DNA of 63,771 nt, filler included, from Reticulomyxa filosa (GCA_000512085.1; 16 parts of 16 records of this genome joined end to end with filler, not necessarily neighbours in it); one strand, 5' to 3'; shown: positions 40,373-52,660, numbered from the whole stretch's first letter. A program made the numbers and translations. Notes: generated from the letters alone by a model not told the origin.

Positions 40373-42044
40373 TCTTTCATCGGATAGAAAACATACTGGA
40401 ATCCACACTACATGACGAACAAGGAGGGTTTCGGCCAAACCGCGGAACCGATGACCAGATCACCCACCTTCGTATTATATTACATCACGCGAAATATATA
40501 AGACGATCACCTCTAATCATGACATTGCTGGACTTACAAAAAGCATTCGACTCAGTATGGCATGAAGGACTACTGTTTAAAATATATTGTTGTGGAATTA
40601 ATGGGAGTACATTCAGACTCCTATGGAACCTAATAAAAGATAGTCGCCTCATTGTGGCAAATAAAGGATGGTGTATGCCTTCCTTCGCTATCCAAAGTGG
40701 CACTGGACAAGGATATTCTATAAGCGGCCCCTTATTTAATCTATATACAAATAATCTTATATCAGCGTTAAAACAATTACAACTGACAATATCTATGTAT
40801 AACATAAATGTACCAACCTGTTTTCTATACGCAGACGACATAATCACATTCAGCAGTAATAACGAAGATAATGATAAGATTCTAGAGGCAGTCCAAAATT
40901 ACTGCTCAGGGTGGAGTTTAAAAATAAATAACAAAAAATGCCAAATAGTCACGAACCAAAAGCAACTTAATCATGTACAACCAAACAACCGGTTGGATAT
41001 CACAAACGTTACACACGTGTTCTCCTACTTAGGGGTAAAATTCAATGCACATACGCTGTCCTGGAAGGAACAAGTGTCAGTACGTGTAGAAAGAGGCATT
41101 GCAATAACTAATCAAAGTCAAATCGCCGGCATTATTGGTATGTCACTCCAAATACATACTCAGGTTAAATACTATACTGCTGTCATACGTCCCATCCTTG
41201 AATATGGACTGCGTACAATGAAACTCTGCGATTCACGTATATTGCGGCTAGAAAGTGTACAACATGCTAATCTTACAAAAGTCATCGGGACATATAGAAC
41301 GACATTAAGAGCTGCTGCAAGAATTTGGCTTGGCATCCCGCCACTACATGTAAGGAACGATATATTGATACTCACAAATTGGAGATCAATATTAATGAAA
41401 CGAACGCTAGCGGGCCTTGCAGCAAAAAGTGAATACGATGATACAAAAACGAGATCAATACAAGTGCTGACAAGACATTCTAACGGGAAAAACAAACCAA
41501 CATCCTTCTCAGAAGAAGTGTTATTAATACTGCACCGACTGGGACTAGCAACGCACTGGTACAACCCGCCAGTCACAATGACCGCGGAGAATTGGAATAT
41601 AATATTTAGACATCGAGCCTACTGCGCTGCATATGAAAAGGATCTACAATCAATTAGCCACTCGACGGCAACACAACCGTTATATGAAATTCAACGTCAA
41701 GTAAACCCAATAGAAAACCGTATTGTCCAATATATCAAAAATTAAAGCTGTAACTACACTCCCAACAAATGTCCCCGATTGCAAAAGTACTCTGCGGAAA
41801 TCCAAAATTTAATTGGAAAATCAATGGCACTACGAGTCTAAAAATTACCAGTTGCCCATGGTGTCAACAACCTTGGACAGATACAATACTGCACACTCTG
41901 AAAGAATGCAACATTTTAGCACACACCAGAAATCAAGTAATACAGAACCAAGTTGGCAATCCGAGTATTGTTAACAATACATTTGCAAGTGACGGATTAA
42001 TAGAGTTCTGCATCAAAGTCTTTACGAATAATGCATTTGTGTGA
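40288..42044 (+). CDS. LINE-type reverse transcriptase + CCHC zinc finger (frameshift near 41745)
   Basis: The RT frame stays open upstream of the called Met at 40519, back to 40288, and encodes RVIDRLIFHRIENILESTLHDEQGGFRPNRG. The catalytic YADD is intact. Confidence 0.92.
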
Positions 42045-42289
42045 AGAGCACAAATAAGGAAGATTCAAATGTGGTTTTCGTCCACGAACGAAAGTAAAAT
42101 AACAAAAGAAAAGAGATAGAATGAGAAAACACTAAAAAATTTTTTGTTTTAAACGTATTTTGTTAAAAACTTTTTTGTTTAAAATTGCGAGAAAAAACAT
42201 TGGAAAAACTTGTGGGGCTGTTGTATCAACAGCATGAAAGGAAGCTTGAATGTTTTCAATTTTCGTTTCGCTTTGGTTTTTGTTTAAGT

Positions 42290-42800
42290 TTTAATTTAAT
42301 CCACGCCAGACCGTGGTCTCTCTCTCTATCTCTTGTGTCGTTGTCACCGCATTTGACAAAGTGACTGTTGACACATTATCTCTTCCATCAAAGATATTGT
42401 ATCTGAATTGAAACGCCACGATCCAAAAGGCTTTGTGGCGACGCCATACAAGCCTGTGGCAATAACTCGTAAAAAACCTTTGACTCCGTCTTTTTGAGCC
42501 CATCCGATAGAGTCCATCACTGCACCAGTGATGCCAACCACGACTCCGCTGGTCAGTTTCGTAAACGTGGATTCGCTGTTGGAAGTCATGGACGATGATG
42601 ATGAATGCTCTTCTTTTTGGCGTTGTCGACATTCGACTTCCCAAAAGCAGCTCCAAAATATCGTTATCAAAGTCGTCCGTCACTTTGTTCTCCTCACCAA
42701 ATGGAGTCACAAACTGCGTGTTCCACACGTGGTTCGGCAGTTGTTCCGACATCTCATTCAATAATTTTTTTGCTATCTTCGCATATTGTTAACTGATAGC
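42290..42800 (-). pseudogene. VPS13-like C-terminal (Gly-rich amphipathic) fragment, frameshifted
   Basis: KLTSGVVVGITGAVMDSIGWAQKDGVKGFLRVIATGLYGVATKPFG matches the VPS13 GVVSGITG..KP..GA.K.G..GF.KG.G.GL.G.V.KP pattern. Confidence 0.65.
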
Positions 42801-43556
42801 ACTCTATATCCCCTTTTTTAAATAAAAAAAATACAATAAATAAGTATAAATCAATGTGTAAGTATACATATGTANNNNNNNNNNNNNNNNNNNNNNNNNN
42901 NNNNNNNNNNNNNNNNNNTTAATTAATTAANNNNNNNNNNNNNNNNNNNNNNNNNNNNNNNNNNNNNNNNNNNNGGCTGCTGAACCTGTTTTTTTTAAAT
43001 AGCTCTTCTCATCAACTTTGCAGTAAAAAGTTGTTAAGTCGAACGTCATCAAATTAGATTAGCTTGACTATCTATTACTACAGTTAAGTCATTCCTTTTT
43101 TTTTCTCCGTTTTTCTGTCGCTTCTTAAAAAAAATTGCACAAATAACGATAATTCACAGGAAAAATCATATTTGCGGAAAGTATATCTGATGCAATTATT
43201 GAAGAAAGTTAATGTAACAAAACTAGTTTTTCACTGTTCAAAACAAAAAACAACGTAAGTATATAACGTATCTTTTTTTTTTATTTTTATTTAAAACTAG
43301 AGACTCGCAATACACACATGCGTCTTTGTGTGTATGTGGGACAAAAAAAAACACATGTGTCTACGCAAATAATAAAGCAAGTATCAGTGGTCATCAAAGT
43401 ATGATTGCGTGTATCCAAAGTGGAGTCATACACACTATATTTTTTTTTTATAAATTTAAGTTTTTGTAGAACTGGAGGGGGGAGGGTGGTGAAGGGGAGG
43501 AAAAAAAGAGGGATTACTTGACAAAAAAAAAATTAACATCTTTTGAGTAAAAGACG

Positions 43557-45542
43557 ATGAGTAACATTACAGATGAGAACGAACTGATGATTAAATACAA
43601 GTTGTAAAACCACCCAAAGTAAAAGATAAAGTAAGATTATTAGAAAAAATTAAATGTGATTATAATGGAGATTATAATCAAGTATTTGATGTTAAGAGAT
43701 TCACAATTTTATGTGATACAAAACTAAATTACAAACTGCAGTGGCCGTAATGAAGAAAGCAGAACAATTTAATTTAATTGTATCTGAAGATAAAGATTTC
43801 TTTGAAAAGCAGTCAACGACACATCGCAGATTCCACAATATTAAATTGTATGTTAAAAAACATGATGTTTACGTCGAAATGCAAGCAATATTGAAAGGTA
43901 TACTGTCATTGAAAATCCAAAATTAAGTCATTTATTTTATGAGCTTATTCGAGCATGGAAATCCAAAGATACAAGAGAAGAAGATTTAAAACAAGCAAGT
44001 GATGATACATTAACTAAAATTAATGATGTTATTTGTGAATGTATTGATATGAAGATATCAAAAAACTCTCTAGTCAACATAAACCACATACAGAAATTCA
44101 CGGGAAGGAATTAATCAAAATGTATCTTAAAAATGGCACAATTTGTGTATGAACAACTTTGTACATTCATTCCAGAAAAAGATAAAGGAAAAACTATTTA
44201 TTTTATCTTATATGATTATAAGAAATATATCATTGGAGATAAGAATCCAGCGAATTGTACTGATTTTGCATTATTATTACAAGAATCAAGACAACAAGAA
44301 ATTGAAGAAGATATTGCTATATCACAAGCACTCGAAACATATATTCCATTACAAGCAAATAATTATGCACATATGGATGGTGATAATAATGAAAAAGAAA
44401 AAACATATGATTGTCATCAACATGTGATTGAATTTTTGAAAGAAGAAAAAGATGAGAAAAAGAAGAAAAATTGAACAACTTTATAAAAGAAAAGTAATGA
44501 TAATTCAAGAAAATCAGGATCTGGAATAAGTATATTCTGTCGTCATTTGGAAGAAACTTATGGAATAATTGTAAATTTGATTCAAAACAACCTATTCCTG
44601 TTTACATTTCATTTCCAAAAGTTATACTTAACAAAATAAAAAAGATATTATTTTACAAGTATTAAAAAGTAAACACATTAATAAAGAAATTATGGATGCA
44701 ATTCGTGAAAAAGTATCGTTTATATTTATTATGGCCATTTACAAAACGACAAATGCATGACTATATTAATAAATTTGCAACAATGAGATCAAAAAATAAC
44801 ATTAAAAATAAAAATAATGATTGGACAGCACAACAATACAAGTAAAGATTGAATAATTATCATAATTTACAGAAAATGGTGGAAAAACCATTTCTTCTTC
44901 AACTTATTTTAAGTGTATTATCATCACTGGTAAAACAATATAGTATAGGAAGTATTTAATGATCAACGGATTGACATTCACGCTCAAAATATAGAATATA
45001 ACTTAGAAAAATTACGAATTCAAATGAATGTGAATAAAATCAAATCAGCATTAAAACAATATTGCCTCAATTTAGGTTTAGATATGTTTATCCAAGGAGA
45101 TCCAATTGCAGTTGAATCAGATTTTCCAAATGAAAATAAAAATGAAATTATTTCGAATAAATTAGATCCAAACATGAAAAGTGAAAATAAAAATGATATT
45201 AAGTATGAAAAAAAATGAAACAAAGACAATAAATGAAATTAATGATAGTTCTGTTTGGGAAAAATATTTCAATGATGATAGCATTGCTAAATATATATTA
45301 AAAAGAGTTAGTATAAAAATATCAATTTTTACATAAATTTTGTCAAGAATATTATGTTGCACAAAAAATCTTATTTGATATAATTTTATGGAAACCTAAT
45401 ATTGTTGGTAATATCAATAATCAACAATTTCAACAACAATTTGAAATACATGATCAGAAATTTCTTATCAATCGTAAATTATTAAATGAAAAAGTTGGAA
45501 TTATCCAATTCATTGTAGATAGAATTTATGATAACAATTTGA
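43557..45542 (+). pseudogene. Decayed RelA/SpoT-like nucleotidyltransferase - NACHT NTPase (NLR/STAND-like) gene
   Basis: Across frameshifts: PKVKDKVRLLEKIKCDYNGDYNQVFDVKRFTILCD / AVAVM...SEDKDFF....THRRFHNIKL....VYVEMQA / SHLFYELIR. Then KVMIIQ-KSGSGISIFCRHLEE (decayed Walker A), PIPVYISFP, KVSFIFIM (start of Walker B) and PFLLQLILSVL. Confidence 0.72.
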
Positions 45543-45642
45543 NNNNNNNNNNNNNNNNNNNNNNNNNNNNNNNNNNNNNNNNNNNNTTAATTAATTAANN
45601 NNNNNNNNNNNNNNNNNNNNNNNNNNNNNNNNNNNNNNNNNN

Positions 45643-45643
45643 C

Positions 45644-45677
<34 letters not shown>

Positions 45678-46368
45678 GCAACAACAACAGGAACAACAAA
45701 GAGAACAATCACCTTCACAATTACAACTCCCACCATTGCCGCAACAACAAACACAAACTCCTGCAATAAGGCGCAACTCACGCAAAAATTCCATCGACAG
45801 ATATAGCAGTGCTGATGACAACAAACCTCAGGAAAAAAACAAAGAAAGTGACCATGTTCGAGTCAAAGTGATTGAAATGCAATCACCCCAAAACGATCAA
45901 TCTGCATCGATAAAACCTTATCCTTTAGCACCTTCAAAAAATGGCCCTCCGTCGATTTCTCGATCTGTGCATAAACTCTCTTGTTTCGTCTTTCTCTGTC
46001 TTTGCTTTTGTGAAAGATGATTGCTTTTTTCTCTCTTTTTTATGCTTGTTATCCTGGAAATTACTAGCACCTAATGTTGCTAAGACGATTAAAGTAGACA
46101 GAAAGAGTATTTCCTCTTTCTTAGGAGTGGAACCGGAAACAAATACAGACAATAAAAAAACAGTGGCAAACAAGGACAAAGAATTAGGTATTGACGATCC
46201 ACCGATCAATGAAATCAGTCAGAGGGAGCACAAACCATTAATCACTCGCTCAATTGCCAAAGAGAGTCCTAGAAAATCTAGTGTCCAACATAACAAAAAG
46301 GTATATTAATTGGAACCCAATCAAGCAGTGAAGATGAAAGCATTAGCGAATTGAGTGAACCAACTTAA
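45643..46368 (+). CDS. 3' end of a low-complexity (Q/T/S-rich) hypothetical protein, beginning in a (CAA)n repeat
   Basis: Plus-strand coding-like segments at 45643-45970 and 46070-46300. No family recognised. Confidence 0.4.
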
Positions 46369-46938
46369 TTTTTTGTATTTTGTTTTGAATTGTCGTACTT
46401 TGTGTTTCTTAACTCGATTTTACATTTTGATCGACCCTTATGGATAAGGAGTTATGGTTTATAATTGTTTTTTCTTAATTTTATGGTTGTTATATTACTT
46501 ACAGTAAGTTTTGTGTTGGCAGAGTAATTTGTACTCTTCATTCGGTGAACGTCCTACATCGCTTGTCATTTTTTCATTTACAAACAAGCATGGAACTTAA
46601 AAACTCTCTTTCATTCAAAGCAAAATAATTTTTAGTCCTGAAATGTTCAATTGCAACAAGTAAAATACAATTATTTCGTTGGTTTAAAAGCAATTTTAAG
46701 GCGATAAGCAGGAAAATAGTTAACGAAACATCGTGATATAAGATATCTGAATGTAAAAAAAGATTTGTTATAAATGTAAAAAGGTTGGAAACAAAACAAA
46801 GAAGTAGATTGATGTTGTACTTGCGCCACTAACAAACTCAACACGATGTACAGTATTATTTCATCACGTAGTAACTTTACTATGAAACTAGCTATTTTTG
46901 AAACTTTCATTCAAGGGACAGTAGATAAAAAGGAAGAT

Positions 46939-49900
46939 CTAGTCATCAAATGCAAGACTGTTTGATTTATCATAGTCGGTGCAATTTGAATAATCATAGC
47001 TGCTACAAATTGGATTATCGTAACTGTTGCCACTTGATTTATCATAACTGCCATAATTTGATTTGTCATAGGTGTTGTTATTTGTTTTGTCATGGATATT
47101 GTTGTTTGTTTTGTCATAACTATAGCTATTTGATTTGTCATAGCCATGGTTGTTTGATTTTTCATAGCCGTGATTGTCTGATTTGTCATAGTCATGATCG
47201 TTTGATTTGTCACGATCACAGCTGCTTGGTTTATCATAGCCATAGCTGTTTGGTTTGCTATAATCGTAGCCATTTGATTTGCCATAACTGCAATTATTTG
47301 ATTTGTCATAACTACAGTTCTTTGATTTGTTATAGCTGCGGCTATTTGATTTATCATAGCTGCTGTTATTTGATTTATCATAGCTGCTGTTATTTGATTT
47401 ATCGTAGCTGTTGTTATTTGATTTGCTATGCTTGTTGCTGCTTGATTTATCATAGCTGTTATTGTAATATTTGTGTCTGTCATCTGCCGGATTATAATTT
47501 GTGTGAGAGCGATTTTCATAGGTCCTCCGGTTTCTATGTTGATAGTCGTTAATTCTATTCTTAGAGTTGGGGTATTTGCCAACATGACGATGATGACGAT
47601 AGTGTTGGGGTTTGTTGTTGTCAGCCAGTGATTTTGTAGCGTCCGCAAAATTATTACTTTTCTTATCGTTCGAGCTTTCATTCAATTTGGCGACATTCAC
47701 AGTGTAATAGCCAGATGACTCTTTTTTTTTTTATCATTGCTGTCATCAATCCAGACATTTCTATAGCACTCTCTTTTTATTGCATCATCAATTAGAGCTT
47801 TCCAATCGCTATTTGTTTCTAACGCTGCAGAATTGCCTACAATCCATAAAGAAAATTTGGCACGTGTGATAGCAACATTCAAACGTCGGATGTCCGATAA
47901 AAAGCCAATTCCATTTCTGTGCCATCCATTAAAAAAAAAAGGCCATTGAAATCAAATGAATAAACTCCAACAAAACAAATAAAAACTTGGCTGCACGAAC
48001 GCACGAAAACACAATGATGTCTTTTTCTCTTCCTTGATAGAAATCCACAGTTTGAATTTCAATGTTTTTTCCTCCTATTTTTGTACCATTGGCATATCGT
48101 CCAACAACTCAACTCAAGCATAAATCCGAGATTTTAGAACGAAGAAGAGAGGAAAAATGAGGAGAAAGGACATAAGGGGGGGGGGGAAAGAAAAACTTAA
48201 ACCAAAATGATAAACAACCTTCCAAGTTGGATTTTTGGATCAATGTTTGTATTTGCTTCTGTTGTTGTTTATATGGTGTTATGATACCAATCGAGCACGT
48301 AGAAAAATCGGAAGGGAAGTCTTTTCTGAATTCTGTTTGTATGATGTTGTAAAATCGGATATTTAAGAGAATAGCAGAAGAAGAAGAAGAAGAAAAAAAA
48401 AGGGGGGAGGGAGAGGAAAAAAAAAAAGCAAGTAACATAAAGTAGAAGCTAAACTTTCCAAATGTGTCAAAACAAATTGTGCTTCGATGTTGTTGTACAG
48501 AGATGTACCACTGCGAGATTCTGTGCTTGTGTGTATATCAAAAAATAAGAAAGGTTTGAAGTCTTTGGACTTAGTATGGAATGCTTTGTAATAGGTTGGG
48601 CCAGATACATTTTCGCCATTTTTTAGTTGGTTGTTGTAAAAGTGCGCATTTGGAAAAAAGCTGATTTCTGGATGCATTCGATACTGTGTGTCAAGCAAAT
48701 GCACGGGATAGCCAGAGCACATTAATCTCTCAAACAAACTTCTTTCATAAAGCCACGAGGATTCGCCTTGAGAAAACACGGTTGCAGGTAGTTGTTGCGG
48801 GTCGCCTAATGAAAAGAGAGAGAAAGAAAGAAGAGAAGGGGAAAAAAAAAAAAGGTTACATTTTATCACCATATAATTTGCATACCTTGTTGCTCTCCTC
48901 TCGTGTTAACAAAATTAAAAAAAATGGTAGAAAACAAGAAAATAAATTACCTACGAGTACAACACTGTCAATATCGTAGACAAGTGGTATCAAAACATCG
49001 GGCTCTGTACATTGAGCAGCTTCGTCGATGACGCAATGGTCAAACAATTTCCATTGTTCATTGCCGGGAATACCTGGATTACCAAAGGAAGGCTCCATAT
49101 TTGGAGCATATCCCGTGCGATTGCGATTTGCTCGCTGCATTCCGATTTCTTCGTAAAGAGTGCGTAGCTCTCGGCCCGCGGCGCTATTCAACGTGACGAA
49201 CACTATTTCGGCCTCCAGCAAAATGGATGCAGACAGCTTGTCTCGGGCCACGTTCGGCTCACAGGTGAACAGCCAGTTCAGTCTCTGCAGTTCCAATCGA
49301 TGGGAGTTGAGCAACGTTGTGGACTCGATAACGCACGACAAGTCGGGGTGAGTCTTGAACGACTCAAAATCGGTTTGACCGAATTGATACAAATGGGTTC
49401 TAATGGCATTTCCAAGTCCATCACATCAGAGCATATCACAAGAGGACTCCAAAATGCAAAAGGCTTATCACAAACAAACGTGCAGTTGTATGTGCGGGTA
49501 GTAGTAACTTTATCACTTCGGCCAACTTTGCCTCTGTCCCACGCTTATCCTGTTCGACCAAAGCAATGCGATTTTTTAAGTTGGCTTCATTTTCTGCTAT
49601 GGGTTGATTTGTTGTTGAGTCATAGCGTCGGTCAATATACGCTTTCACACGTGATTCTAACGAAATTGACAACATTACCTCGTCACGAAACTTTTCCGCT
49701 CTTCCAATTCTTTATTATTTTGTTCATTCGTTTTGGTTGCTTGAATTACCCTCCTCCCCCCCTCTCCAAATTCAACAAAAGAGAAAGAATATTTAAACAT
49801 GGAACGTGTTTTTGTAATGATTGAATGGACATACCTTATAACAGGAGGCCTATATTGGACATTGTTTCCGTCCACAAATCCGTTTTCGTGAATGAGTCGA

Positions 49901-50265
49901 GATATGATTTCATCCACGGCGGCGTTGGAAGGAGCGCAAATCAAAAGACGTGGCCTCGATAGTATCGACTCCGTGTCTGCGATACCGTTGGCGTCTCGAC
50001 ATTGGGAAACATCTTCCAAAATGCTTTAGTTGTGTTGATGGTGTTGCGTTTTGTTGTACTGAACCACCTGGACCATCAAATATATAAAACTAAACTCGTT
50101 CCAAGTATACGCCTGCAGAGTTTGCTCAATAATGGTTTGGATTGCACATGAGCATCCGTAGTATTGATCATATCTTGGTGTCTCTTGGAAACTCGCATAT
50201 GAAAATTATTGTACATGTGTCGAAGCCAACTTTCATACATTCTATAATATATCCATATACAATAT
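46939..50265 (-). CDS. Sen1/senataxin-like (Upf1-family SF1) helicase, 5'-partial, with a C-terminal octapeptide-repeat tail
   Basis: RLLICAPSNAAVDEI, IVFVTLNS, CVIDEAAQCTEPDVLIP, VLVGDPQQLPATV, SLFERL, LLDTQYRMHPEISFFPN..FY, IGIITPYKQQ, TVDFYQGREKDIIVFSCVRA, IGFLSDIRRLNVAITRAK. Confidence 0.93.
46950..47470 (-). repeat. Coding 24-bp tandem repeat (about 20 units) encoding YDKSNN(x)(S/G)
   Basis: Plus-strand unit resembling tgatttatcatagctgctgttatt. Translation YDKSNNSS, YDKSNSRS, YEKSNNHG and variants. Confidence 0.9.
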
Positions 50266-50965
50266 NNNNNNNNNNNNNNNNNNNNNNNNNNNNNNNNNNN
50301 NNNNNNNNNTTAATTAATTAANNNNNNNNNNNNNNNNNNNNNNNNNNNNNNNNNNNNNNNNNNNNATATCAAACATTATATCTTTTATCATATTTTTACC
50401 TCAAAAATATAGAGTCCAAAAAATGACAAATAATTAGTCAGACATGAAATTTATCAAATTTTTTAAAATCAGTTTCAGAAATTGCTCAATTTGTAGATAT
50501 TTTTAAAAAATTAGGTCTGAATGTTGTTTTTCAAGAAAATTATCTATATAATGTATCATTTTATGTGTCAACTTTCTTTTGCATTCTACTATATTTAAAG
50601 TGTCTTCAATTGAACTTTTGTCAAATGAAAAGATATTATAAAAGTTTTTATGAAAAATGTATAATTACCTAGTACGCCATTTTAAAAGTCAGAGTATTGA
50701 AAATTTGCTCTTTGGATATCTACAAATAATCTTTTTTTCAAAATATTGATAGAAACTAGAATAAAAATTAGATTTGACTTGACATTTAATGTTTTAAAAT
50801 TTAAATAAGGAAAACTTGCAAATATGATTTATTAAACTATATCTTTTTGTCAATACACGTAAGTTAGTTTATATTTTATATTACACTACGCTTGTCTAAA
50901 GTGTATTTTACAAACGTCTGGTCAAAAAGCTTTAAAAAACTGCATGTTCTCTTTGATGAAAAAAC

Positions 50966-51950
50966 TCACAAAGCGTATTGTTTTGAACTGGTATGACTGC
51001 TTTCAGTTGATTGTCTGGATGACTCACTTTGTTCTCGTTCCATGATAACATTTCCAGTAGTGTCAGTCAAAATGTTCTTGTCAAACTCTTGTGGATAAAC
51101 GTCGAAATAGTTTCGTTTGTACAGTCGATCATAGTTATTGACAGAATGTGTCAGTGAGGCCTTATATGCTCGTATTTGTTGTTGGCATTGATGTAGCAAG
51201 GAGTATCTTGCAAGGCAATAACAAATCAACGTTACCCCAAACATATACAATGTGAGATTATACACAGGCACAAAGCTGTTGGCAAGGTTAATGCAAATTG
51301 ACTTGATAACCGTCAAAAACGTATGCGTGAAAAAAAACAAATAGGATTGATTGAATAAACGATCCATTTGTGTCAAATATGGCACTGGAGGCAACTTTTC
51401 GGACAATGTCCATTTGAAGGCAAACTGAGTTAGCAGCAATGGCACTAACACATTCATTCGATAGTATGTAGGCAAAGGCTCAACAAAATAAGATTGAAAT
51501 TGCACTACATCAACCAACAACAATGGCAACACCACCTTTTTTTTTGGAGGGGATAGGAGAAGGAGAAAAAAAAAAAGTGTAATTTTCAGTACTTTCGATT
51601 AATTTTATAAATTTTTTTTTTTTTTGCTGGCAAAGCAAAAATCAAAAACGTTTCTAAACTTGCCATCCAATACTGTGATATCTTCGTGAGATGGGAATGG
51701 AAACCACAACTCGGTGGAACTTTAGATGCCCCCTTCTTATGGACTGGAGCTGGTACAGTGGCTGATATACATCCCAATCTGTTCCACCAACTCCCAAAGC
51801 CTCACAATTTTTTGTCATTGACACTTTGATGTGATCTGTGGAGAACTGTGCTAATGAGGTGTCTACTGTTAAATCCAAGTGAAAGCGTAAGCGATGACAA
51901 TCAAAAGGATAGTGTTGCAAATCAAAAAATTGCGCAAATGTTCCTTTAGA
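50966..51950 (-). CDS. Cys-less (Pro-loop) pentameric ligand-gated ion channel subunit, 5'-partial
   Basis: FDLQHYPFD (Pro-loop), W in loop F, I.RR before M1, M1 VLPLLL, M2 RMNVLVPLLLTQFAF, M2-M3 loop LPPVPYLTQMD, then M3 and M4 hydrophobic helices. Confidence 0.85.
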
Positions 51951-52125
51951 TTTTATTGTTTTTTTTCTTTTTTTTTTTTTGTACTAGTTTATACAATAAA
52001 AAAAAATCTTGTCAGCCCCTTTTGANNNNNNNNNNNNNNNNNNNNNNNNNNNNNNNNNNNNNNNNNNNNTTAATTAATTAANNNNNNNNNNNNNNNNNNN
52101 NNNNNNNNNNNNNNNNNNNNNNNNN

Positions 52126-52625
52126 TCATTATCATTATCATTATCATTATCATCGTCTTCATCATCATTATCATTATCATTATCATCTTCTTCATCATCG
52201 ATATCATCAATAACATTACTATCGTCATCATTGACATGCTGTTGAAATCCTTGCAACGTATCGCCTTCGAACGAGGACAACGTGGAAGGATGGAAATGAC
52301 GACGAGCATTAGAGAGCGACTTTTGCAAGCGGATGAAGTCGCGCACGTCCAAGGACCACTTGTGCAGACGCGCGGAGGAGTGGGAGTGCAGAGTTTGGAT
52401 CAAGGGATAGACGGGTTCGTTGCGGAACGAGGACGAGCTGGACGACATGTCATCAGCGATACGTTGCACCTTCTTGCAGAAGCGACGCAAGGTTTGTAGT
52501 GATTTGGCAATGCGTTGCAAGTTGATACTGTTCAATGTACCTTTGCTGGAGATGTCGATTTGAGTATATTCTAACGATGTCGATGAAGATGAAGATGAAG
52601 ATGATGTATTCTTTTTTTGTCTTTC

Positions 52626-52660
<35 letters not shown>

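Larger units (their letters stand above)
38500..42060 (+). mobile_element. Decayed non-LTR retrotransposon: ORF1 (C2H2-like finger + coiled coil), reverse transcriptase and CCHC finger; no endonuclease visible
   Basis: Intronless, A-rich plus strand unlike the host genes. RT motifs: EQGGFRPNRGTDDQI, LDLQKAFDSVWH, GTGQGYSISGPLFNLY, FLYADDI, YLGVKF. C-terminal CPWC....DTILHTLKEC. Element boundaries are approximate and I found no TSD. Confidence 0.88.

Noticed and set aside
40288-41745. Bacterial retron, group II intron, DGR or telomerase RT
   Set aside because: Motifs (QGGFR, D+.KAFD.V, QG..+S..LFN.Y, YLG, C-terminal CCHC) are LINE-type. No ncRNA, template repeat or maturase domain is seen.
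46950-47470. CRISPR-like array
   Set aside because: Degenerate head-to-tail 24-bp units with no unique spacers and no cas genes, and the repeat is coding.
46950-47552. Cys/His-rich 200-aa plus-strand ORF (CCYLIYHS repeats) as a metal-binding protein, and the alternative-frame 256-aa ORF 46911-47681
   Set aside because: Shadow frames of a stop-poor 24-bp repeat. The YDKSNN frame is the one that links to the helicase.
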